Source of the DNA: Bryobacterales bacterium
Lineage (GTDB): Bacteria; Acidobacteriota; Terriglobia; Bryobacterales; UBA6623
Direction: 5' to 3'
Length of the DNA stretch: 64,000 nt
NCBI GenBank assembly: GCA_965261065.1
Contig: OZ253444.1
Coordinates: 7,414,902-7,478,901, forward strand
Shown piece after piece: positions 38,003-46,098 of the stretch. The notes beneath the pieces are model-generated. The model worked only from the letters and a program-made list of their open reading frames with translations. It had not been told where the DNA came from and searched no databases. Positions within the stretch are counted from its first letter, which is position 1. Every line of letters begins with the position of its first letter. Position numbers and translations under genes: made by a program.

Positions 38003-39613
38003 GTGTGGATCCGCCATATGAGCAGATATCTGACAGCCACTCTCCTGGTTCTGCTGACGGCTTGCGGTGGCCTGCCTGATGTTACCGTCAGCCTCGCCGA
38101 AGCCATTCACAAGCGAGTCGGGCAGACCAGACAGGAGGTGGACGCGCAAGAGCAAGCGTACCGGCAGTTCCAGGAGTCGGCCCAATACGGCCCCCTTGCG
38201 CGATACGCCGAGAAAGAATCTTGGGCGCAGAAGTTCACCGCCGCCCGCAAGATGCTCGACTCTGCGGAAACTCTCTATCAGAAGACCGTCGCCCCGATCC
38301 TCGAAAGGGACGATGAAAAGGAGCTGCGGACTCTCAACGACAACCTCAAGAAGATCTCGCCGCTGACCGCCAGCGCTCGGAAGATGTCGGTGGAGTGGAA
38401 GGAGCGAAGCGATTTCATCACCCAGAGCCGCGAGCACGCGCCTGCGCTGATCCGCGGCGCAAATGCAGACTTGCAAAAGCAGAGGGATCAGAATCAGGCT
38501 GTCAGCAAGATCGCGGCCCAGACCGCCGGCGAGTTTCCGGCTCGCAAAGAGGACATCGGCAAACTGCTCCAGCCCCTGACGGCACTTGTGAACCAATCCG
38601 AGACGGCACACGAAGCGATCCGGGGCGAGTCAGGCAAAGTCGGGTCCGATGACGCCGACTACGCGTTGATCGGCGACAACCGTCAGATCCTCTCGGAGAA
38701 CGCCACGAGATTCGAGGAGTCCGGCGCGCAGGTCACTGCAAAGCTAGGTGAGCTTTCGCGGAGCTACTCCAAAACGCTGATCGACATGCAGGCTGTGTAC
38801 TCCGTGATCATCCGGCGGTACAGTTGGGATGACTCGCTCAACTCCCCGAGGGTGCATCACTACGACTATCGCCCGCGTCAGGTGGATCTGGAGACGTACA
38901 ACAACCTCACCGGCAACACAGCCGTGGGCCTAGGGCAGTGGAAGGCCGGCTGGTTTAGTAGCGGACTGAAGCTTTACAGGCATGTCGACCCGAGGCGATG
39001 GGACACCCTACGGATCGATCCCCGAGAGAGTTGGCCCAGCCGCAACGACAACGCTGCCGAATACTGGGTCGAGGACGACAAGGTGAACTACTACCACAAG
39101 TACATGGTGCTAGAGAACGGGGAGACATCCGAGACCGCCCTCGTTGCGGTCAGCGTAGCACTCTTCCTCGCCAACGTCGACAACCTGGGCATGGACGTCG
39201 AAGCGAAACCGTACGGCAGCTTCGAGGATGAAAAACTGGCCCACGCCGCCCCGCCCGGGATGGCCTACGTCGGGAACCCAAGATACGGTCACTGGGCCTC
39301 AGACGGCCGGGGAGGGAGCGTCTGGACTTGGATAGGACCCTATTTGCTCTACCGGAGCCTGTTCGGGACGCCCTACTACTACGGTCGGAATACTTGGTCC
39401 ACTTGGTCGGGCGGCTATCGGGGTTCACGCCCCTACTATGGCGGCACGGCGGCCGCACCGTTGTACGGAACAAGAAGTAAGACCACCCAAACCTCTCCCA
39501 GGTATCAGAACTCCGCCTTTGGCCGAACGGGAGGCTTTCGGCGGGTGTCAGCGTCCGTACGAGGAGCGGGACCGGGGAGTCGCGGGGGCGGTTTCGGTGG
39601 CAGTGGAAAGTAA
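38003..39613 (+). CDS. Lipoprotein (536 aa) with coiled-coil N-terminal half and Gly/Arg/Tyr-rich C-terminal tail
   Basis: Lipobox LLTAC near the N-terminus (alternative start ATG 38018). The tail is ...GGYRGSRPYYGG...FGRTGGFRRVSASVRGAGPGSRGGGFGGSGK. No family recognised. Confidence 0.7.
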   Translation: MWIRHMSRYLTATLLVLLTACGGLPDVTVSLAEAIHKRVGQTRQEVDAQEQAYRQFQESAQYGPLARYAEKESWAQKFTAARKMLDSAETLYQKTVAPILERDDEKELRTLNDNLKKISPLTASARKMSVEWKERSDFITQSREHAPALIRGANADLQKQRDQNQAVSKIAAQTAGEFPARKEDIGKLLQPLTALVNQSETAHEAIRGESGKVGSDDADYALIGDNRQILSENATRFEESGAQVTAKLGELSRSYSKTLIDMQAVYSVIIRRYSWDDSLNSPRVHHYDYRPRQVDLETYNNLTGNTAVGLGQWKAGWFSSGLKLYRHVDPRRWDTLRIDPRESWPSRNDNAAEYWVEDDKVNYYHKYMVLENGETSETALVAVSVALFLANVDNLGMDVEAKPYGSFEDEKLAHAAPPGMAYVGNPRYGHWASDGRGGSVWTWIGPYLLYRSLFGTPYYYGRNTWSTWSGGYRGSRPYYGGTAAAPLYGTRSKTTQTSPRYQNSAFGRTGGFRRVSASVRGAGPGSRGGGFGGSGK

Positions 39614-39622
39614 TACGAGGAC

Positions 39623-40528
39623 GTGATGCAATTCATTGAGACTTTCGTTCACGGTGCGGTCGACACCCTTTTTGTCTTTCTGATCCTTCTGTTAGCCAAG
39701 AAGCTCCGAGACGCGCGCTTTCGTGCCGCCGTGGCTCCGGCCGACGGAGGCGATTCCGTAGAATACACCGCCGATTACCAAATCGAAGAAGAGAGCAATC
39801 TGGCGGTGGCCCTGCACCGCTGTGGCTTGAGCATTGGTTTCGGCTTCGGTCTCGCCGGGATCGTCAGCGGAGGGGTCAGTCGCTTCTCGGCAGGATGGGA
39901 AGTAGTGCTACGAGACACCGGAGAACTGCTGCTCTCCTGTGTCCTGTTGCTTGTCTTTCTGTTCGTGGCCGAGTTCGTTGTTGAAAAGATCATCTTGCGC
40001 AATGTTCACAACACTCGCGAACTCAAGAATCGCAACACCGCCGTCGGATTCGCGGAGTTGGGCAGCTATACAGCTACCGGCCTGATCGCATTTGGCTCGT
40101 TTCAGGGTGAGGGTGGAGCGTGGTATACAGCCGCCGGCTTTTTCTTCATGGGGCAGGCGACTCTGATCCTGTTCGCGCTGATCTACGACTGGGTCACGCC
40201 GTTCAACATCGTCAACGAGATCCAGAAAGGCAACGCGGCCGCCGGGTTGATGCTTGGCGGCACTCTGGCCACGCTGGGTATCATCCTCAGCTTCGCTATC
40301 GCCGGTCCCTTTACCGGGTGGACCGAGGGAATCACCGGCTTCGCCATCAGCGCGCTGGTTGGGATGGCCCTGCTCATTCCCTTCCAGATGTTGATCGACA
40401 AGGCTTTCCTGCCGCATACGACCCTCCAGATCGAGGTCGAGCGCGATCGTAACCTTGCCGCCTGTTCAGTGACCGTCTGCGCCCAGATTGCGCTCGCCAT
40501 CATGATCGGCGCCTTGGTGGCGGTTTAG
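39623..40528 (+). CDS. Integral membrane protein built from four DUF350-like repeats
   Basis: 301 aa. Four units share an acidic/Asn motif followed by a small-residue helix: IEEESNLAVALHRCGLSIGFG, ELKNRNTAVGFAELGSYTATG, EIQKGNAAAGLMLGGTLATLG and EVERDRNLAACSVTVCAQIALA. Confidence 0.65.
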   Translation: MMQFIETFVHGAVDTLFVFLILLLAKKLRDARFRAAVAPADGGDSVEYTADYQIEEESNLAVALHRCGLSIGFGFGLAGIVSGGVSRFSAGWEVVLRDTGELLLSCVLLLVFLFVAEFVVEKIILRNVHNTRELKNRNTAVGFAELGSYTATGLIAFGSFQGEGGAWYTAAGFFFMGQATLILFALIYDWVTPFNIVNEIQKGNAAAGLMLGGTLATLGIILSFAIAGPFTGWTEGITGFAISALVGMALLIPFQMLIDKAFLPHTTLQIEVERDRNLAACSVTVCAQIALAIMIGALVAV

Positions 40529-40544
40529 CGGCACGGGGGCGTCA

Positions 40545-41600
40545 GTGACGGCTCGTGCTCGTTTTCGCCGGCTTCGCGACACTCTGCTGCGTATCGTCCA
40601 CAAGGCCGGCTGGGCATGGCTCGGGGCCCTCCTGCTGACACTCTACGTGCTCGGTGCAGCCCTGATGCCCTTCTTCGAGGGGCCTGACAGCCCGCTGGCT
40701 TCGATACAGGATTACACCTGGTGGTTCGTTGTGACCGCCACGACTGTGGGCTACGGCGATATCGCCCCCGGCTCGCTTGGCGGGAGGGCGGCCGCGGTGG
40801 TCATCATGCTGTTCGGCATCGGTGTCATTGCCGTCGCCGTGGCAAAGTTGGCCGAGTCGGTTATTGATTTTGGAAGGAGGCGCATGAGAGGTCTGACCCA
40901 ACTGAGCGAAGCAGGTCACCTTGTGATCTTCGGCTACACCAAGGGAGAAACCGAGAGCCTCATCCGGGAGTTCAGACAAGACAGGAGCGCGGAAGACCTC
41001 TCGATCGTTCTTTGTTCCTACCTGGTTGAAGAGAACCCCCTACCGGACGATGTGAAGTTCGTCAACGGTGACTTGGCGTCGGACGATGTGCTGGACCGCG
41101 CCTGTGTCGCACGGGCGGCCAGCATTCTCATCCACGGCCACGACGATAATGAGACGATCGTTGTTACCCTCGCGGCTCGCAGCGTCAACTCTCACGTTCA
41201 CATCGTAGCTCTGCTGCGGCAGCCCGAAAACGAAATGCATCTGAGGCGAATTGACCCAAACATCGAATGTGTCACGCCACTGTCGGTTCCCCTCATGGTT
41301 CAGGCGCTTCAGGACCCCGGGGCGACGACGGTGATCTCGTCCTTGTTGAGCAACTCGACCGACGACACGATCTACCGTTTGAACGTTTCCAATACGAGCC
41401 GCACCTGGAACTTCGGCGCCTTGCAGCGGGCGTTCAAAGATCGCCTTGGCGCCACGCTGGTGGCCGTGGCATCGGGCGATGCGGTTGGCGACGTGGATCT
41501 CAATCCAGCCTCGGATTTCGTGGTCAAGCAGGGAACGTCGCTTTTCTATATCGCGCGCCGGCGAATCCTGCCCCAGGAAGTCGCTTGGGATGAGCTCTGA
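40545..41600 (+). CDS. Two-TM potassium channel with C-terminal RCK/TrkA-N-like domain
   Basis: 351 aa. TTVGYGD selectivity filter between two hydrophobic helices, then a Rossmann-like region (GHLVIFGYTKG...). Confidence 0.85.
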   Translation: MTARARFRRLRDTLLRIVHKAGWAWLGALLLTLYVLGAALMPFFEGPDSPLASIQDYTWWFVVTATTVGYGDIAPGSLGGRAAAVVIMLFGIGVIAVAVAKLAESVIDFGRRRMRGLTQLSEAGHLVIFGYTKGETESLIREFRQDRSAEDLSIVLCSYLVEENPLPDDVKFVNGDLASDDVLDRACVARAASILIHGHDDNETIVVTLAARSVNSHVHIVALLRQPENEMHLRRIDPNIECVTPLSVPLMVQALQDPGATTVISSLLSNSTDDTIYRLNVSNTSRTWNFGALQRAFKDRLGATLVAVASGDAVGDVDLNPASDFVVKQGTSLFYIARRRILPQEVAWDEL

Positions 41601-41603
41601 CCA

Positions 41604-43169
41604 TCAGGCGTAGTCGAGATCCCGAAAACCGAAGCGCTTGAGCACGCGGTCCGCCGCTCGCACCCCGCGATACTGCGCTTCTTCGAAGATCGAAATCCCG
41701 CTTAGATCGGAACTCGCAAACTGGATCGGTCCGTCCCACTCTTCGAGCCGTTTTCGTGCTTCGGAGGTAATGAATCCGACGCCGGGGCGAATCATGGCGT
41801 GTCCCAGCCGCATCACATCAATCCGGCGTGTGCAATTGCGGATGTCCGGGTGGGCCTGCTCGAGATCGCGCAGAATCTCTTCTTTGCGCTCATCCCAGTT
41901 CGTCTCCAGTAAGGCGGCCCGCCCCATGCGGGGGGAAGCCTCCGTCAGGGCCCGATAGTACGTCCACACCGTCTCCGCCCCGGCCGCCCCGCGCCCTTGG
42001 TGTGTCGCTACCACATATCCGAGCCCGGGGGAGTCGTACAGGATGTTTTCCCAGGCCGGGGAAGCGCCGCTCTCCCGTGGAGTACAGTCAAGCGTCACAT
42101 TGGCCGTATACCAAGGTGAGTATTCGTGCCGGGCCATCGAGGGGAAGTCAGGGCCAATCTCAGGAATGATGTAGGGAGCCAAGAAGGTCGGCGCCGCGAA
42201 GATGACAGCCGAGCAACTGTAGACCACGTGCTCGGTCAACACCTCAAGGCCGCCAGCAGACCGAAGGATCCGATGGACCGACGCCGACGTTCGCAGGTAG
42301 GGGTGTAGCCTCTCCAAGAGCCGCTTGACGATCCAACCGTTTCCCTCGGTCCAGGTCAGGACTCCGATGTCTTCCCTGGGGCGCGCCGCGAAGTAGTGGA
42401 TACCCGCCCAGGCCGAAGTGTCGACGTAAGACACGCCGTAGTCGTCACGACAGGCATAGTCCACGTACCATCGCAGTTTGGACGAGAAAAACCCCTGCTC
42501 GATCATCCAGGTCTTCATCGAAATATGATCCAAGTCTTTGGTTTGCCCAGGCCGCTGAATGGGGATCGTAAACTCCCCTCCTTGCCGGTAGTAATCCATG
42601 CGGTCCCAAAAGCGATCGAACTGATCACGGTCCGATTTCGAAGCATCAGGACCCGGTTCCAGCCCTTCCTGCCAGTGGCCATCGAGGAAGAGCCGCTGCT
42701 GAGGCTCTTTGCAGAAGTGCCCGGTATCCCAGCGGCCCTCCTGGATCACACCTAGCTCTTCGAACAGCTCCTGAACCAGTGGGATTCTCTTATCCGGTAC
42801 CGGTATGTAGTGTGCGCCCCATGGATAGGCGCTGACTTCGTTCTCTCCCCAGCGAGAGTTTCCGCCGGCTTGGTCTTCCAGCTCGAGAACGACAAAATCC
42901 TCAAACCCAAGCCTATGCATGCGCCAGGCAGCGGAAAGCCCGGCGATACCGGCGCCGACCACGACCACAGGGGCGGTCACACTCTCGCGAGGCGGGGGGG
43001 GAGACTGCGAGTCACGAATACGGTGACCCGCGACGTGGCCCCGATCGACAAACGAGCCTTCAATCGGGCGGTCAGGGCGAAAAAGGAATGCCGCACCTGC
43101 CGTGGCCACGCCACCTACGGCGGCCGTTTGCAGCAGTCTTCGTCGCGAGATGCCGGGCCGGTCTGCCAT
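41604..43169 (-). CDS. Tat-exported FAD-dependent amine-oxidase-like oxidoreductase
   Basis: 521 aa. SRRRLLQTAAVGG twin-arginine signal. Dinucleotide-binding VVVVGAGIAGLSAA...LELEDQAGGN. Confidence 0.75.
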   Translation of the reverse strand: MADRPGISRRRLLQTAAVGGVATAGAAFLFRPDRPIEGSFVDRGHVAGHRIRDSQSPPPPRESVTAPVVVVGAGIAGLSAAWRMHRLGFEDFVVLELEDQAGGNSRWGENEVSAYPWGAHYIPVPDKRIPLVQELFEELGVIQEGRWDTGHFCKEPQQRLFLDGHWQEGLEPGPDASKSDRDQFDRFWDRMDYYRQGGEFTIPIQRPGQTKDLDHISMKTWMIEQGFFSSKLRWYVDYACRDDYGVSYVDTSAWAGIHYFAARPREDIGVLTWTEGNGWIVKRLLERLHPYLRTSASVHRILRSAGGLEVLTEHVVYSCSAVIFAAPTFLAPYIIPEIGPDFPSMARHEYSPWYTANVTLDCTPRESGASPAWENILYDSPGLGYVVATHQGRGAAGAETVWTYYRALTEASPRMGRAALLETNWDERKEEILRDLEQAHPDIRNCTRRIDVMRLGHAMIRPGVGFITSEARKRLEEWDGPIQFASSDLSGISIFEEAQYRGVRAADRVLKRFGFRDLDYA

Positions 43170-43263
43170 TGCCGCTGGTGTCGGGGCGAAAACGGAACCT
43201 CAGTATACAAAACAGGTTGGACGTCGCCAGCCGAAGCCCGGATGGTAGAATGGCTGGCACTCT

Positions 43264-44994
43264 GTGCCCGGTCCGATGGAGACGTCTCACTCGCAAACAC
43301 TCTCTGTTTCGACAATCCAACCCCGTGTCGCGACCGCCCTGCTTGCTCTGTCGATGTTCTTCACTGGCGCGAGCGGGTTCATCTTCGAGTGCGTCCTCAG
43401 CACCGTAGCCACGTACATCCTCGGCAATAGCATCGAGCAATTCTCCGTAACCATCTCCCTCATGTTGCTCATGATGGGCGTAGCGGGCTACTGGCAGCAA
43501 AGGCTCAGCGATCGTCGTTTGGTCGAGAAATTCCTGACGGTCGAAGTTCTCTTGGCGTTGCTGGGCGGCTTCGCCCCGACCGCGGCGTACGCGTCCTACG
43601 CGACGATGGAGAGCCACTTCTCCTTGGTGCAGTACTTTTTCGTCCTGGCGATTGGTTTTCTGATTGGTCTCGAGATTCCCCTCGTCTTGCGCATTAATCG
43701 ACAGTACGTCCCGACGCTCAAATCGAATATCGCAACGGTCCTCAGCACGGACTATATTGGCAGCTTCATCGGCGCCTTGGTGTGGGTGTACTTCTTCCTG
43801 AAGTATTTTCCACTGACCGAAATCAGTTTCTTTGTGGCGGGAGTCAACTTTGTCGTCGCAGTGGTTACTTACCTGTACTTCATGCGGCATCGGGCCGTGG
43901 CACGGCCGTTTGTTTCATTGCTCTTGATCCTACTGACTGCTTCGGCGCTCGGCTACGGTTACACCCAGAACCGAGTGTGGAACCTCCTTCTCGAGCAAAG
44001 GTTCTATGACCAGCCGATTGTTTATTCCAAAACCACGAAGTATCAACATCTCGTGATGACGGCCGGCGTCAGGCCCGTCGATTACCGCCTCTATATCAAC
44101 GGCAACTTGCAGTTCTCAAGCCGCGACGAACACATTTACCACGAACTGCTCGTGCACCCGGCTATGAGTTTGGCCGCCCGTCGCGATCGGATACTGATTC
44201 TGGGCGGAGGAGACGGCCTCGCACTAAGAGAGGTGCTTAAGCATCCTGACGTAGAAGAGGTTCGGCTCATCGACATCGATCCCGACATGATTGCGCTGGC
44301 ACGCGACGATGACGTGCTCAATGAGCTCAACCAAGACGCCCTCGCGGACGCGCGGGTCGTGGCGGCGGGTGCCTCCGGCGTCGCTTCGGAGACGTCCACG
44401 AGGCCCATCTACGACTACACCGAGACTCTGCCCGAATCGGGAAAGCCTGTCCTCGAGGAGGCAGCGCGGGTATCGGTATACACGGTCGACGCGGACAAGA
44501 TGGTCCAGCGCTTGTCGGGATCATGGGATGTGATCGTGGTCGACTTTCCTGACCCCAACAGCGTCGAGCTTGCCAAGCTTTATAGTCGCGAATTCTATTT
44601 GAAGCTGCGCCGTATCCTATCCAACGGCGGCATCATGGCGGTTCAGAGCACGTCTCCCTATCACTCAAAGGAATCTTTCTTGTGTGTCCGGCGGACCCTC
44701 GACAGCGTCGGATATGAGACGGTCCCATACCACGACAACGTCCCGAGCTTCGGAGATTGGGGCTGGATTCTTGCATGGCATTCTCCGAAGACGGTCAGAG
44801 ACGTTCGGAACGAGATCGCGCGGCTCGATCATTTTGGGATTCCCCAAGATCGACTGCGGTACTTGACCCCCGAGGCTTTTCGCAGTGCCTTAACGTTCGG
44901 CAAAGGAATGCTGGACTCGCACTCCACGGAAGTGAACCGTCTGATGCATCCGGTTCTGCTTCGTTTCTATCTCAGCGAAAGCTGGCAACCCTAG
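43264..44994 (+). CDS. Membrane-anchored spermidine-synthase-like polyamine aminopropyltransferase
   Basis: 576 aa. About seven N-terminal hydrophobic helices. C-terminal SpeE-fold motifs ILILGGGDGLALREVLKHP, VRLIDIDPDM and VIVVDFPDP. The exact start is uncertain. Confidence 0.8.
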   Translation: MPGPMETSHSQTLSVSTIQPRVATALLALSMFFTGASGFIFECVLSTVATYILGNSIEQFSVTISLMLLMMGVAGYWQQRLSDRRLVEKFLTVEVLLALLGGFAPTAAYASYATMESHFSLVQYFFVLAIGFLIGLEIPLVLRINRQYVPTLKSNIATVLSTDYIGSFIGALVWVYFFLKYFPLTEISFFVAGVNFVVAVVTYLYFMRHRAVARPFVSLLLILLTASALGYGYTQNRVWNLLLEQRFYDQPIVYSKTTKYQHLVMTAGVRPVDYRLYINGNLQFSSRDEHIYHELLVHPAMSLAARRDRILILGGGDGLALREVLKHPDVEEVRLIDIDPDMIALARDDDVLNELNQDALADARVVAAGASGVASETSTRPIYDYTETLPESGKPVLEEAARVSVYTVDADKMVQRLSGSWDVIVVDFPDPNSVELAKLYSREFYLKLRRILSNGGIMAVQSTSPYHSKESFLCVRRTLDSVGYETVPYHDNVPSFGDWGWILAWHSPKTVRDVRNEIARLDHFGIPQDRLRYLTPEAFRSALTFGKGMLDSHSTEVNRLMHPVLLRFYLSESWQP

Positions 44995-45029
44995 CACCCT
45001 CCTCGGTCAGGCCGTTTTCGAAGAGCCCT

Positions 45030-45662
45030 GAAGTCACGTCGTGGGAGATCTACGAGGCGCTGGAAGAGCGCGGCGTCAACTATGTGATCCGCATTTCGGC
45101 GAACAAGAACCTGGAGCTGGAGATCGAAGACATCCTGTTCCGCCCGCCGGGCAGGCCGAGTGCGAAGCCGCTGGTGCGCTACAAGAACTTCCACTATCAG
45201 GCCGCGAGCTGGTCGAAGCCCCGGCGGATCGTCGCCAAGGTCGAGCATCATCCCGGCGAGCTGTTCCCGCGCGTCGGCTTCATCGTCACGAACATGAGCT
45301 TGCCGAGCCGCTCGCTGGTGCGCTTCTACAACAAGCGCGGCACGGCGGAGCAGTGGATCAAGGAAGGCAAGCAGGCTACCCGCTGGACACGGCTGTCGTG
45401 CCATCGCTTCCGGTCGAACGAAGTACGGCTGCAACTCGCGGTACTGGCCTACAACCTGGGCAACCTGCGGCGGCTGGGGCTGTCGAGCCGGATCAAGAGC
45501 TGGTCGATGACGAGCTTGCAGCACCGGCTGATGAAGACCGGCGGTCGCCTGGTCAAGCACGCCCACTACTACTGGCTGCTGTTGGCGGAGGGACATCTCA
45601 ATCGGCGGCTGTTCGGCGAGATGCTGGCGAGGCTTGAGGCGCTGCCGGCGCCGGGAGGGTGA
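45030..45662 (+). pseudogene. IS1380-family-type transposase, C-terminal remnant only
   Basis: ...VRFYNKRGTAEQWIKEGKQATRWTRLSCHRFRSNEVRLQLAVLAYNLGN... matches the conserved C-terminal region of IS1380-like DDE transposases. The N-terminal roughly 200 aa are missing, and the fragment abuts the speE-like stop codon. Confidence 0.65.
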
Positions 45663-46098
45663 CGCAACGAGCCTTCGAGGAGCCGGTGCGCGGACTTGCT
45701 GGAGGCGGGCTCGGCGAAGTGTCGCCGAACCGACCCGCCCGAGCCTGAACGATGCGCTGGCGTGGAGCGAAACGGCCCGAAGGCGGCGAGACACAGGGAG
45801 GAACGAGGTCAGACGTGGCAGAGAGGGCAGAAACCCGTTGCGCCGAAGGCCCGAGTTCGACTACGCTAGACGCGTCGCGATTGCCAAAACGGAAATCCCA
45901 GTTTACACTTACCCCGCATCCACTGCGTCATTGACCACAGGCGTTTGGGAGGAACCCGATGAACCTACACCACTTGAGTCGGCAGGTCGCCCGATCCCTG
46001 CCACCGAGGACAAATCCGCCGTCCTTCTTGAGAGTCTAGGCCCCGCTGCAGCGCCTCAGACCGCCGTGGACCGGGAGCTGCCGCGCCCCGACCCGGCT

